DNA from: Thermoplasmata archaeon
GTDB taxonomy: Archaea > Thermoplasmatota > Thermoplasmata > GCA-020350865
Direction of reading: 5' to 3'
Assembly: GCA_020348445.1 (NCBI GenBank)
Contig: CP070751.1
Span: forward strand, 836,438 to 896,037
Length of the DNA: 59,600 bases
How positions within the stretch are numbered: position 1 is the first letter of the stretch; every line of letters starts with the position of its first letter. The notes under the pieces are model-generated. The model was given only the letters and a program-made list of their open reading frames with translations. It was not told the origin of the DNA and did no database searches. The position numbers and the translations under genes are program-made. Below are positions 9,082-21,100 of this stretch, in pieces.

Positions 9082-9921
9082 ATGTCTCTAAACACGAATG
9101 CCATCTACACCATAGCTAAAAAGGAATTCATAGACAATGCCAGAAACAAATGGATAGTCGCCCTGACAATAATATTCATATTTTTGACAATAGCTTCCTC
9201 TGTAATGGCCGGTGGAGGGAAGATGGGTGAGATGGATGTCACTGTTGCGGCCTTGTTAAGCATTGCTACAATTCTGATTCCCATCATAGCCATAATGTTG
9301 GGCTACGCAACCATATCTGGAGAAGCTGAATCAGGGGCTCTTGCCGTTGTCCTTTCCTACCCTGTGAAAAGAATTGAAGTGCTGTTTGGCAAGTTCCTTG
9401 GACTTGGTGCTGTTATCTGTTTTTCAGTTCTTCTGGGATTCGGTTCCGCTGGTTTGGTTATCTCGGCCACAACAGAACATGCTCAATGGGTGGGATACCT
9501 GAAATTCATTTTACTAACCATGCTCATAGGACTTGTTTATCTCAGTCTTTCAATTTGCTGCTCGGCGGTTCTTAAAAGAAGGGTGACGTCCCTTGCTGCA
9601 GGAATAGTGATATTTTTTTGGGCCATGATAATTGGCATGGTATTCTTTGGCCTGTTATATGCAACAGGTGGCAGCCCAGAGGCCTTCATGATGGGGGATA
9701 TGGAGGGGATTCCTGATTGGTTCTGGGTAGATCCGTTTCTAAGTCCAGCTGATGGTTACCAAACAGCAAGTATGTTTGCCTTTGACGTCACAGAGTTCTT
9801 TGGATATGAATTGACTGTTCCTAGTTGGCTAAATATGGGCACAATAGTTTTATCTCAGTTATTATGGTTGTTTATTCCCCTTATTCTAGCATATTATTTC
9901 TTCGAAAAAAGGGATATTTAA
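9082..9921 (+). CDS. ABC-2 type exporter permease (NosY-like family)
   Basis: Starts immediately after the ATPase stop. IAKKEF N-terminus, GE.ESG.L..VLSYPVKR.EVLFGKF motif, about 6 TM segments, ends FEKRDI. Confidence 0.92.
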   Translation: MSLNTNAIYTIAKKEFIDNARNKWIVALTIIFIFLTIASSVMAGGGKMGEMDVTVAALLSIATILIPIIAIMLGYATISGEAESGALAVVLSYPVKRIEVLFGKFLGLGAVICFSVLLGFGSAGLVISATTEHAQWVGYLKFILLTMLIGLVYLSLSICCSAVLKRRVTSLAAGIVIFFWAMIIGMVFFGLLYATGGSPEAFMMGDMEGIPDWFWVDPFLSPADGYQTASMFAFDVTEFFGYELTVPSWLNMGTIVLSQLLWLFIPLILAYYFFEKRDI

Positions 9922-9970
9922 TCCTCTGATCATTTCAAATACCATATAATAAATATATCTAATCTAAGTG

Positions 9971-11269
9971 TCACACCATTATCTTCTCGGCGTATTTTAG
10001 GGCCTCTTCATATTTTTCCTGTCTCATGAGAATGTAACCCTTGTTAATTAAAGCCTCTTTATTGTTTGCATCAAGGCTCAGAGCCTTCTCATATAATATT
10101 AAACTCTCCTTTTGATTACCCATTCTCAACAATGCGTTGCCGAGCCTGTTCCATAGGGCAACGCTCGAAGATTCGGACTCAAGAAGTTTTGTATAAAGTT
10201 TTGCAGCTTGTTTGTGTTGTCCCATCTCATAGTAAATGTCCGCCTTTGCCAAAATTATGTTTTTGTTTTCTTTGTCCAAGCTCAAAGCCTTGCTCAGGCT
10301 TTTTATAGATTCCTTGTACTTGCCCAGTTTTTTTAGTGCCATCGCTTTCTTATACAACAGCCTGCTACAATCTTTAATAACCTGGGCCTTGGACCTTTTA
10401 GGTATGATATCCACAGGTATCTTCTTTCCGATTTTCGCGGTCTTTTTATATGTCTTCTCGGTAACCTCTGGTATTTCTTGGGCCAAATGTCTGATTTTAA
10501 CATCGGTCCATGATCCCTTTTTATCTTTTAATTTAATCCCTTTTTGAATTTCTATGCCGCAGATGGAACATGTTTTCGAGTGCTCCCCTATAAAAGCACC
10601 GCATTCATGGCATATGAAAATCACTCCAGTGGATGATAATTTACTGTCAGCATCAACATACCCAACATCTTTATTATGGAATGGATCTTTAATATCCTCT
10701 ATGGAGATTCCACATACACCGCAAGAAGGAGAATCACCTGAGACGAATGCACCGCAACCATGGCATAAAAGCAAACCCCTCTCATCAGAAGAAGGTTCGC
10801 TTCTTTCTGTCTCTTGTGTATATTCTTGTTCCTCGACATCCTCTGCTTCATCCACTTCATCACTTTCTTGAACCTCAACACCACATATCACACAATTAAC
10901 AGCTTTTGAGCTTAAAAATGCGCCACAATTGTCGCAAAGGAAAATACTTGGAGAGGTTTCCAGGTATTGGTCTGCATTTGAATGCCCTTTTGAAGAAACA
11001 TCGATTTTTGCTCTGAGGGGTTCGCGTTTTGTCCCACACGCGCTGCAGTGACTTGCTTCCAAACCTATGAAAGCCCCACAATTTAGACATATGAAAGGAG
11101 AAGGCTCCAATGAATCAAAATCAGGTTTGGGTTTCTCGCTTTTGATAATCTTATGAACAACAGGCTTATTACAACTGGTGCATGTTTTTTGATCCTTCAG
11201 TACAAAATCACCACAATTTGAACAGAGGGTAAAGCCTATTTCGAAATCGTCGCCATCCAATCTAAACAC
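9971..11269 (-). CDS. Protein with five N-terminal CxxC-x10-CxxC zinc ribbons and C-terminal TPR repeats
   Basis: Five CxxCG(A/D)F...CxxC units, then TPR-like helices (KAMALKKLGKYKESIK, GNALLRMG, KGYILMRQEKYEEAL). GTG start. Confidence 0.85.
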   Translation of the reverse strand: MFRLDGDDFEIGFTLCSNCGDFVLKDQKTCTSCNKPVVHKIIKSEKPKPDFDSLEPSPFICLNCGAFIGLEASHCSACGTKREPLRAKIDVSSKGHSNADQYLETSPSIFLCDNCGAFLSSKAVNCVICGVEVQESDEVDEAEDVEEQEYTQETERSEPSSDERGLLLCHGCGAFVSGDSPSCGVCGISIEDIKDPFHNKDVGYVDADSKLSSTGVIFICHECGAFIGEHSKTCSICGIEIQKGIKLKDKKGSWTDVKIRHLAQEIPEVTEKTYKKTAKIGKKIPVDIIPKRSKAQVIKDCSRLLYKKAMALKKLGKYKESIKSLSKALSLDKENKNIILAKADIYYEMGQHKQAAKLYTKLLESESSSVALWNRLGNALLRMGNQKESLILYEKALSLDANNKEALINKGYILMRQEKYEEALKYAEKIMV

Positions 11270-11360
11270 CAGGGCTTTTCTTCTATGGATCTTTATTATG
11301 GCTCCATAACATACATTTTATGCCTATAGATTGTATAAAGAGATTTACTTTTGAGAATAT

Positions 11361-11377
11361 CATATGATTATCATATG
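11361..11377. promoter_or_regulatory. Perfect 17-bp palindrome CATATGAT-T-ATCATATG in a divergent promoter region; candidate operator
   Basis: Seen directly between the divergent genes 11269(-) and 11459(+). Confidence 0.5.
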
Positions 11378-11458
11378 TGATTTCAGCACCCTCGAATTAT
11401 AGATATTTCAACCAGGCCACCGATAACCTTTTAAATAACCAAAACTTATCAATTTGTA

Positions 11459-12757
11459 ATGACTAATGAACCTGTACTTCAAGTGGCACTGGACGTTATG
11501 AATCTTCACAGAGCACTTCAAATCGCATCCGAAGCCATAAAAGGCGGGGTGGACTGGTTGGAGGCGGGAACACCTCTTATAAAAAGTGAAGGGCTTGAAA
11601 GTATAAGACAGCTTAAGAAAACCTTTCCCTCCCATATCATAGTTGCTGACATGAAGACAATGGACGTGGGGACAGTTGAGGTTGAGATGGCGTCAAAAGC
11701 AGGGGCTGATATTGTCTGCATAATGGGAGTTGCTGATGATTCCACCATCACCGAGGCGGTAAAGGCGGCCAGAAGATATGGCTGCAAGATCATGGTGGAC
11801 CTACTGCGCACATCAGATCCTCTTTTGAGAGCAAAGGATGTACAGAAATTTGGTGCAGATTATGTCTGTCTTCATGTGGGAGTGGATCAGCAGATGAGAG
11901 CCGAGAATCCCTTGGAGGATGTGGTGAGGATCGCATCGGAAGTCGAAATTCCAGTGGCCGCGGCTGGGGGGTTGAATTCCGAGACCGCGCCGAAAGTGGT
12001 CGAGGCGGGTGCCACAATCGTTATTGCAGGAAGTTCAATAATCAAGTCCCCAGATGTGGAAAAGGCGGCAAGTGCAATTAAAAAGTCAATACTTGAAAAA
12101 AAGGAGATACCCTCGAAGCTCTTTCATAAATACAGCCAGAAAGAATTACATGAGGCGTTCTTGAAGATATCCACACCCAATATAGCAGATGCAATGCATA
12201 CAAAGGGAGCTATGAAGGGGATCATTCCACGGATAAAACACGGCATGAAGATGGTGGGTAGAGCGATTACTGTGAAAACCATGGACGGTGATTGGGCAAA
12301 GCCTGTTGAGGCAATTGACAAATGCAAGCCAAATGAAGTGATAGTGATCGACGCTGGGAGCGGCCACACGGCTATATGGGGTGAACTTGCATCATGGAGC
12401 TCGAAAAAGAAGGGTATCGCCGGTGTTGTGATAGATGGTGCCGCAAGGGATATAGACGACATATTGGAGATGGATTTTCCCGTGTTTTCAAGGCATGTGG
12501 TACCAAATGCAGGGGAGCCCAAAGGGTACGGGGAGATAGGCTGCGAGATCATCTGCGGAGAGCAACAGGTCAGAAGCGGCGACTGGATCGTTGGAGATGA
12601 AAGTGGTGTTGTGGTGGTTCCCAAGGAGGAAGCAGTGGAAATTGTAAACCGCGCTCTTGATGTTCACGAACGTGAAAATAGGCTCAGGGAGGAGATAAAG
12701 AGGGGGAGCACCCTCTCTGAAGTATTAAAGCTAAAAAAATGGGAAAAGGTGGGGTGA
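11459..12757 (+). CDS. hps: Bifunctional 3-hexulose-6-phosphate synthase / RraA-MenG-like domain fusion
   Basis: N-terminal OMPDC/HPS barrel (LQVALD, EAGTP, ADMKTMD) fused to an RraA-like domain (STPNIADAM, AIWGELA, IDGAARD, GDESGVVVVP). A known archaeal fusion type. Confidence 0.9.
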   Translation: MTNEPVLQVALDVMNLHRALQIASEAIKGGVDWLEAGTPLIKSEGLESIRQLKKTFPSHIIVADMKTMDVGTVEVEMASKAGADIVCIMGVADDSTITEAVKAARRYGCKIMVDLLRTSDPLLRAKDVQKFGADYVCLHVGVDQQMRAENPLEDVVRIASEVEIPVAAAGGLNSETAPKVVEAGATIVIAGSSIIKSPDVEKAASAIKKSILEKKEIPSKLFHKYSQKELHEAFLKISTPNIADAMHTKGAMKGIIPRIKHGMKMVGRAITVKTMDGDWAKPVEAIDKCKPNEVIVIDAGSGHTAIWGELASWSSKKKGIAGVVIDGAARDIDDILEMDFPVFSRHVVPNAGEPKGYGEIGCEIICGEQQVRSGDWIVGDESGVVVVPKEEAVEIVNRALDVHERENRLREEIKRGSTLSEVLKLKKWEKVG

Positions 12758-12830
12758 TTCTCTCTTTTTTGTATCAACTTCGAATTGCCAACCGAAATGA
12801 TTGTATGTTAGTATTCCATTTCCTGAAAGG

Positions 12831-14246
12831 ATGCAAAATATTAAGGATTTCTTTTTAAGGTTAAGTCAAAAAGTAATTAGAAAAGAATACAAAATAGGAA
12901 AATACAAAATTAGGCAAATTTCGTTGTTTCTATTTCTCTTGGTGATAATCGCCATTTCTCTTCGGATCATTTTCAATACACCCTTTTTTTCAAATTATCA
13001 TCAAGATGAAGCAGAGTACAGCTTACGATCCATTTACATAAACGAACATAATGGCGCGTATAATCCAGATAAATGGTACGATCACCCCCCTTTTTTCATG
13101 TACGCCCAGGCTGGCGTATTTTTGACATTTGGGGATGATTGGTTTATAGGTAGGGGATTTGGGATAGTTTTAGGTTTGGTAACCATGTTCATCTTCTATT
13201 GTGTCGGTCGAGAGTGGAAGAACGAACGACTGGGATTATTGATGGCCGGTGTTTTCGCTTTTGGACCCATTAGTGTTATGCTAAACAGGTCTGCCATGAT
13301 AGAAAATCTTCTAGGGATTTTCTTGGGACTAATCATTTTATTCACAATAAGGTACGAGAAATCAAATGACAACAAATACATCTATGCCACTGCCATATTA
13401 ATAGCCCTTGCTCTCAACACAAAACACACGGCGATAATACTCTTTCCACCTTTTCTTTATTACTTTTATAAAAAGGATCTCTTCAAAAGAAAAGAAGGAT
13501 GGATCTGTATTGCATTGATAATTCTCATTGTTCTTCCGATAATCGTTCTTATGATCGACCATGGATTCATCCAACTTCACCTCGGTAAAACTTCGCACAT
13601 TACACATGAAAGTTGGGGTGGTATGCATCCATTGCTACTTACCTTTGCTCTTCATTTTGAAAGCTTGGGCACCTTACTTCTCAGGACGGGCATCGCTTTG
13701 ATCCCACTATATTTTGGGATAAAGCTATTTTTTAAAAAACCCACAATATTCACGAACATGATTATGATATGGGTGGTGGCAAGCATACTGTTTTTTCTGA
13801 CGATGAGGGTGACAGGATACCACTACGATTACAATGAATTCCTACCCATGGTACCTGTAATAGCAATGGGTCTTTACTTTCATAGAAAATGGGTAATTCC
13901 TGTTTTTATTGGATTGATGGTGGTGACGGTGTGCTTGATTTCGTATGCCCCAGATCAACAGACTGAGGCGTTGGTATTTCTTGAGAAACGGCTTGGGGAC
14001 AATGACACGGTAATTGCTTTGCCCTATCCGGAAGTGGCATATCATCTAAAGGACAAGGATGTAACTGTGTATACTTCCGATGATATCGAAGAAATCAACG
14101 CAAGTTGGGTAGTTGCCTCAAGAAGACGGATTACCAGGTTAACAGAAAATAACGTGGAGATAAACGAATATTTAGAGTATTATACGTTGGTTTTCGAGAG
14201 TGAATTCGATTATTACATAGGTTATTTGATCTATCAACGTAATTAA
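12831..14246 (+). CDS. ArnT/PMT-like (GT-C fold) membrane glycosyltransferase
   Basis: QDE motif after TM1, YDHPP motif, about 11-13 TM segments. ORF track opens at TTG 12801; first ATG at 12831. Confidence 0.82.
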   Translation: MQNIKDFFLRLSQKVIRKEYKIGKYKIRQISLFLFLLVIIAISLRIIFNTPFFSNYHQDEAEYSLRSIYINEHNGAYNPDKWYDHPPFFMYAQAGVFLTFGDDWFIGRGFGIVLGLVTMFIFYCVGREWKNERLGLLMAGVFAFGPISVMLNRSAMIENLLGIFLGLIILFTIRYEKSNDNKYIYATAILIALALNTKHTAIILFPPFLYYFYKKDLFKRKEGWICIALIILIVLPIIVLMIDHGFIQLHLGKTSHITHESWGGMHPLLLTFALHFESLGTLLLRTGIALIPLYFGIKLFFKKPTIFTNMIMIWVVASILFFLTMRVTGYHYDYNEFLPMVPVIAMGLYFHRKWVIPVFIGLMVVTVCLISYAPDQQTEALVFLEKRLGDNDTVIALPYPEVAYHLKDKDVTVYTSDDIEEINASWVVASRRRITRLTENNVEINEYLEYYTLVFESEFDYYIGYLIYQRN

Positions 14247-14306
14247 AATAGGCAGGGCCAGTTTTTTTTGGGATGAGAAATGACTCTGTAGAATATGTGA
14301 TTTGAT

Positions 14307-14864
14307 TTAAACGAAATCCTCCTGAGCCTTCACCACCTCTGTGCTGTTTTGCGCCTTTGAGTACTCCATAAGTGGTATCTTATTAACCTTTAAAAATTGG
14401 GGGCCCCATTTGAATTTACCCAATATATCTTCAGCTTGATTACTGGATCCCAGTATGAACAATGATGCCGCAAAGGCCTCCACAGTGGAGAGTTTAAAAG
14501 GCCTCCCAAAGTTCGTGGGATTTGCTGCAACCAGATATGGCAATGCCCTACTCTTACCTCTTTTTCTGAGCTTGAAAAGCAGTTCTTCGGCCTTCTCCCA
14601 TGAGCAGTCAAAAACTACGATCCCGTGCTCCTTGGCAAGTGCGCAATCTTCCTTTGAAATGGCCTTGATTGCCATGGGATTGAGGATAATGGCGTTGTAG
14701 GGTATCAGCCTTAGATTTTTCACCTTTTTTGCCTGTTTTAACCTCACGAGTTTGGTACCTGTGCATTTTTTGGGATCGCATTGATCAGCATGATAAATCA
14801 ACAATTGGATATCCTGATGCTGCTTATGGATGCTCTTCTGAGAGATAGGATATTTATTCATCAT
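14307..14864 (-). CDS. tsr3: Small-subunit rRNA aminocarboxypropyltransferase Tsr3 (DUF367)
   Basis: QCDPKKCTG, DCSW, RALPYLVAANPTNFG, LSTVEA and KFKWG motifs. Confidence 0.95.
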   Translation of the reverse strand: MMNKYPISQKSIHKQHQDIQLLIYHADQCDPKKCTGTKLVRLKQAKKVKNLRLIPYNAIILNPMAIKAISKEDCALAKEHGIVVFDCSWEKAEELLFKLRKRGKSRALPYLVAANPTNFGRPFKLSTVEAFAASLFILGSSNQAEDILGKFKWGPQFLKVNKIPLMEYSKAQNSTEVVKAQEDFV

Positions 14865-15029
14865 TTACCCTACTTGATCTCAGCCATATATAAGCTTTCT
14901 TGATTCTAAAAGGCAACATAAACGAGATACTTCAGTTTAAATGAAGTTTATAAATGTGAATCCTGAAGATATTATATAAACGAATATAGACTTAGGTCCA
15001 GAGTTGGTTCCAAGTAATTTCTCTCAAAT

Positions 15030-15048
15030 ATAGTGATATTATCAATAT
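15030..15048. promoter_or_regulatory. Near-perfect palindrome ATAgTGATA-T-TATCAaTAT upstream of the giant surface gene; candidate operator
   Basis: Seen directly, about 100 nt upstream of ATG 15149; ATGATAAT also at 15067. Confidence 0.35.
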
Positions 15049-15148
15049 CCAGCATGGTTTTCAAGAATGATAATTGACTCGAATGCATCTTATACCTATG
15101 TGTTATATTAAGAAAATGGAACTGGGAATATAACTGGGAGATCACATA

Positions 15149-18100
15149 ATGGCTAGTGCACCTAGAGTAAAGAGAACTAGTAATTTTCGTGGATTATTTA
15201 CTGCTTTTTTACCAATTGTGATAATGTTTATAATGTTCCTTTCATCAGCTCAAAGCGGCTTGGCCACAGATCCGATTCTTGTGGATAACGGAGATTACAC
15301 ATTTACTGCCATCTGGGAGTTCGAAGACCTCACCAACTACACTATGAGCAACCTGACAACCTCAAATGGTGAGGTTAATTTAACGATCAACAACCTCTTT
15401 TGGAATCAATCCAATGCCATGGACTTTGTAAATGGCCAAAGAACTAATGTTGTGGAGGGAGACGGGATAGTTATAAGCTCTGATTACCTGCTTTTAGGAT
15501 ATCTTCAGAACCAGAACTTTACATCGCCATACAATTGGAATTATGCTAATGGAACAGACTCAAAGGTGATATCCCAGTGGGATGAAGGAGAGTTCGGCTG
15601 GCTGTACAGTTCATACCCAAAGAACATCTCCATACAAACCATAAATATCCAGCCCGATGAAACTGTTGGCATCGATTCCTATATCAATGAGAATAGTCAA
15701 GGGTCCAACTACGGCGGGGATGATAATCTCAGAGTGCAAAAGGATGCAAATGATAGAAGAGCATTGTTATGGTTCGATGTTTCACAAATATCTGATTCAA
15801 AGGTGATAGATGCCCATCTGGAGCTTTATTTCTATTCCAGCGAGGACGCATCCAGCCTCGATGTCGCTGTCTATAGGGTAGAAAATTCATGGTCCGAGAG
15901 CATCGTGAATTGGATACAGCGTGATGCCGTTTCCAATTGGGTTACAAGTGGCGGTGATTACGACCCCCTGGCTGTGGACACTGTTGCGCTAACAAATTCC
16001 TATGACTGGGTATCCTGGAACATAACATCCCTTGTTGATGGCTGGGTTAATGGGACGTATGAAAATAATGGAGTTCTCCTTGATGGTCCCACAGGTACCA
16101 ACACATGGAAGGAGTTTTACAGCAGCGATTATGCGTCTTTATCGTTTAGGCCCAAACTCAATATCACTTATTATCCTTTGAACTCTTACAATGAAACCGC
16201 GAATATCACCCAAGTTTTTCCACTTCTTGATCAAGGTGGATACAGGGATCTAACAGTTACCGATTTTGGATTGGGCACGGTAAACAACGCAACTGTCTCA
16301 CCTGCGAGAGGAGGACAGGTTACCTTGGGATCAGAGGGTTACTATAAATTCGATCCCCTGGAAAATATATCTTATTGGGGGGAAGATCCCTCTGTAAATA
16401 AGAACTCTGGAAGCTTTCAACTCTCAACAACAGTCTTTTGTGAGGGAGCAGCCTCCATGAGGTTGGATTACGATCTTGCACTTGGAAAACACACATATGG
16501 GGTAAGGAGGACCACGAGCAGCTCATGGGACTGGTCGCGTTACACAGATTTATGCATTTGGGTAAGAAGCTCTGGTCAGGGGGAAATAATGAAGGTCCTA
16601 ATTGAAGATTCTATTGGAGCATCTTGGGAGAGCTCTCCCACGCCACTTTTTAATTCTTGGTCCAATTATACATTTGACCTAAGAGGTTTTCCTGGGGACA
16701 TATCATCTATTAATGCCATAAGACTCCATTTCGCTGATACCACTTTGCCAACCACAACCTTTGTGGATAATATCACCTTAATCGGTGGAGCACCTTACCT
16801 TACTGAAGGGGAATTCTTCTCTCGGATATTTGACGGTGGTTATTCGGTTTTGTGGAAGGAGATATTGTGGGAGGAGTTCATCGTTCCAGGAACGACAATT
16901 GAGATCAGAACTCGAACAGGGAACAACTCAACACCAGGTCCTTTGTGGAGTGGATGGTCGGCTCCTTACAGCACACCAGAAGGTTCGATTATCACGAGTC
17001 CAGAAGGAAGATTCATACAATATCACCTGAATTTGACCACTACCAACACGGACAACACTCCAAGTCTAACTGAATTAACCCTAATAAAATCAGAATATAA
17101 CCTGACCTACACCTATTCTATAGATGCTTTTGAAAATGTCACCTGGGCGCAGATATTCCTGAAATTAAATGAGGAGATACTTTGGGAAAAAACTGTAACT
17201 GGTCTTAGTACATCTGAAACGATAACCTTTGATATTGGTAAATATCTTTATAAAACCGGCGATACAACCATGGAATTTGGGCTCACTGTCAGCGCCAATT
17301 CCTCCAAAGACGTGAATATCTCAATTATAGTGGACGATTTTCAGATTAAGGGACCCACTGGTTTTTATACTTCGCAGGTACATGACACAGGTTCTGAGGC
17401 TTTTTGGGGAGATGTAACCTGGGATGCAGATATTCCTCCAGCCACGGGAATAATACTCAACACACGAACATCCATGGACAACATCACATGGAGCACTTGG
17501 TCAGCACCCATTGCCTATCCTTCAGATACCATCACCAATCCAATGGGAAGATACATACAATATCGGGTCAATTTTACCACAAACATTCTAGGAATAACCC
17601 CCGTTTTCAAGGCAATTAATATAACTTACACCAAGCATTTCTCCCAAGGGACCATAACATTCATAAACGATCTTATAGCCGAGAATGTCACGAACTGGGG
17701 TGTCCTATCTGCGGGCTGTGATCTCAGAGGGCAAAGTATCAGGTATGAGTACTCCATAGACTCAGGAGTCACCTGGAATCCAATAGCCAGCGATCTGAAC
17801 CTCTCTTCTGTCAGCGTATCCACCAATAAGATCCGTTTTAAGGCAATTTTGGAGACAGGAAATACTTCTTTGACACCAACTCTGTATGCCCTGAGGCTCA
17901 CCTATTCTGTGAACAAGCCTCCAGTGATAGTGGGCATAATCCCGAACCAAGAATGGTACGAGGACTGGGGGCCCTGGAGCATTGACTTGACTGTAAATGA
18001 ATCAGATTTTGAGGATTCTGGGAATAGGTTAAGATGGTATTTAACAGGAGAGAATACATCTTTGTTCACAGTTGAGGGTGAATACAGCTCAGAAGATGTA

Positions 18101-21100
18101 ATCACCTTTACACCGCAACCTGACGCTTTCGGCTGCGATGAAGTAACCCTTTGGTTGGAGGATAGCTTTGGTGCTCGAACATCCCAAATCCTATGGATAA
18201 ACATTACTCCTTTTGATGATCCCCCCGAGATTCAGGGTGTAATTCCATCTTTTCAAAAGTACGAGAACGATCCAAGCTGGCAACTCGACCTATCGGGATA
18301 CAAGTACGACAAGGATGATCCCCCCTCAGCTCTTGTATGGGCTGTCCAGGGTGTTGACAGTTCACTGCTTTCCATTGGTGTAAACTCTGACATGCTTGCT
18401 TTTACATTGCAACCAGATTCTTATGGAAATGATGAGATCACCATTATACTTACAGACGGAGAAAATGTAACATTACAAAACATATGGGTGAATGTTACCA
18501 TTGTAAATAAACCGCCGACAATCAGCGGTACACTTCCAAGTTTTCTTGTGGGGGAAGATAACCCAGATTGGATCTTGGATTTGACTCAAAATGAAACTGA
18601 CAGGGAAGACCAAGAACCCTCCAGTAATTTGGTATGGCACATTGTGGGTTTGAACACCTCCTTACTATCCGCATCCATAACAGACAATAACATAACGTTT
18701 TCACTTCTTCCTGATGTATACGGGAAAAACGAGATCACAATCATCCTGGAAGATAGTGAAGGTCTCACAGATACTCAGAAAATCTGGATTAATGTAACTT
18801 CCGAAAATGACGCACCTGTGATATATGGAGTCGTTCCAAATTTCGAGAAATACGAGAACGCACCTGATTGGAACTTTGATCTGAGCAGCTACATGTACGA
18901 TGTGGACAATTCCTCTCATGACCTTTCTTGGAGTGTAGAAGGATGGGACGCTTTACTCTTTGACAATGTCACGATGGTGGGAAATGTCATCACCTTCGAT
19001 TTGGCTATGGATGCCATTGGAAACGACTTGCTCACAATAAATCTCTCAGATGGCCTTTCTTGGGATATACAGGACATTTGGGTAAATGTGACCCCCATAA
19101 ACAAGGCTCCTATAATATACGGCACGATATCGAGCTTTGAAAAGAATGAAGATGACCCTGCTTGGATTCTTGATGTAACTTTAAATGAAACGGATAGGGA
19201 AGATGGTTATCCCTCCCGAAATCTTGTTTGGAGCGTTTTAGGTGTAAACAATTCATTGCTTACAGTCACAATTTTAGATAATAATATTACCTTCACCCTC
19301 GTTCCAAATGCTTTCGGCAACAACGAGATCACCCTCATCTTAACAGATAGCAACAATGCAACAGATACTCAGAATATCTGGATAAATGTTACTTCTGAAA
19401 ACGATGCCCCGATTATATTTGGTGCTATTCCAAACTTCGAGAAAATCGAGGATGCGCCTTTCTGGACCCTTAACCTTTCTAGCTACAAGTTCGATGTTGA
19501 TAACGATGTTTCAGAATTAACCTGGGAAGTAAAGGATTGGGACACCTCACTGTTCGATTTAAGCGTTGATAAGGATGTTTTCACATTCACCCTTGTATCT
19601 AATGCTTATGGCTCCTACGAGATGATCATCCACCTAAATGATTCCGAGTATTCAGATTCCCAGAGCATCTGGATAAATGTTTCCCCTGAAAATGATGCCC
19701 CCTCGATAACAAAGATAATTTCAAATTTCGACACAAAAGAAGACAATGCCTCATGGGTTTTGGATTTGACTACATATGAAAGCGACATCGAGGATCCATA
19801 TCCATCTTTAATCCTTGAGTGGAGCGTGTTTGGAGTGGATCCAAATCTGCTGACCATTACAATTATCGACAACAATCTTACATTCATATTAAAGCCCGAT
19901 GCAAATGGTAACAACGAAATCATCATATTCCTTACCGATAGCATGGGTGCGGTGGATTCACAGAGCATTTGGATAAATGTCTCAGCAAAAAATGATGCCC
20001 CAACAATACTTGGCACAATTCCCAGCTTCGAGAAAAACGAGGATTCACCAAATTGGAACCTCAACCTATCGAGTTTCAAATATGATGTGGACAATGCATC
20101 CCAAGAATTATATTGGATTATTTTAGGGGGAAACGCACCTATATTCGATACAATTGGCATAAATGGGGACCTCATCACATTCGATTTGGCTTCTGATGCT
20201 TTTGGAAGCTACGAAATCACCTTTATTCTCTCCGATAATTTGGATTATGATTCTCAAAATATATGGATAAATGTTACCCCCGTGAATGATGCCCCTGTAA
20301 TCAATAGAACAATTCCTGATTATGACAAATCAGAGGATGATGCGCAATGGACAATAGACCTTACAACATATGAGCGCGACATCGAGGATGTTTACCCATC
20401 GGACAGCCTTTCCTGGAGCGTATTAGGTGTGGATTCGAACCTGCTTTCTGTGGAAATTTCTGATAATAACCTTACGTTTTCGCTGAATCCTGATGCCTAT
20501 GGCAATGATGAGATAACCATAATCCTAAGCGATAGTAACCAAGCAGTGGATTTCCAGAACATCTGGATAAATGTTGCTCCTGAGAATGATGCGCCTACAA
20601 TAATGGGTACGATCCCTAATTTTGAAAGGGACGAGGACGCAGCCATATGGAGTCTGAATCTTTCAAGTTACAAGTACGATGTTGACAATCTAAAATGGGA
20701 ATTATCTTGGGATATACAGGGAGCAAATGTTCCATTATTTGATTTTGTTGATTTGAATGGGGATATCATAACCTTTGACTTGGCTCAAGATGCTTATGGC
20801 AGCTATGAATTAACGATAGAGCTTCATGATAAAGATATTTACACTACCCAGAATTTCTGGGTGAACGTTACTTCAATAAACGATGCACCTGCAATATCCG
20901 ACACAATCCAGGATATGCAAAGACTGGAAGACAGCCTACCCTGGACACTCGATCTAACAGAATATGAAGAAGATGTTGAAGATGGCTCTCCCTCTAGATA
21001 TTTAATTTGGAGCATTTCTGACGTTGACTCATCCCTAATTTTAATTTCAATCACTGACAACAACATAACATTTACCCCTGTTCCAGATGCCTTTGGCTTA

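Noticed and set aside
1-9921. nosD-nosF-nosY (N2O reductase maturation) cluster
   Set aside because: The beta-helix genes are generic secreted paralogs on the opposite strand with an extra C-terminal domain; no nosZ or nosL; ABC-2 pairs of this type are common.
11459-12757. Methylotrophy via the RuMP cycle
   Set aside because: In archaea HPS commonly serves reverse-RuMP pentose synthesis; no PHI or C1-oxidation genes in the window.
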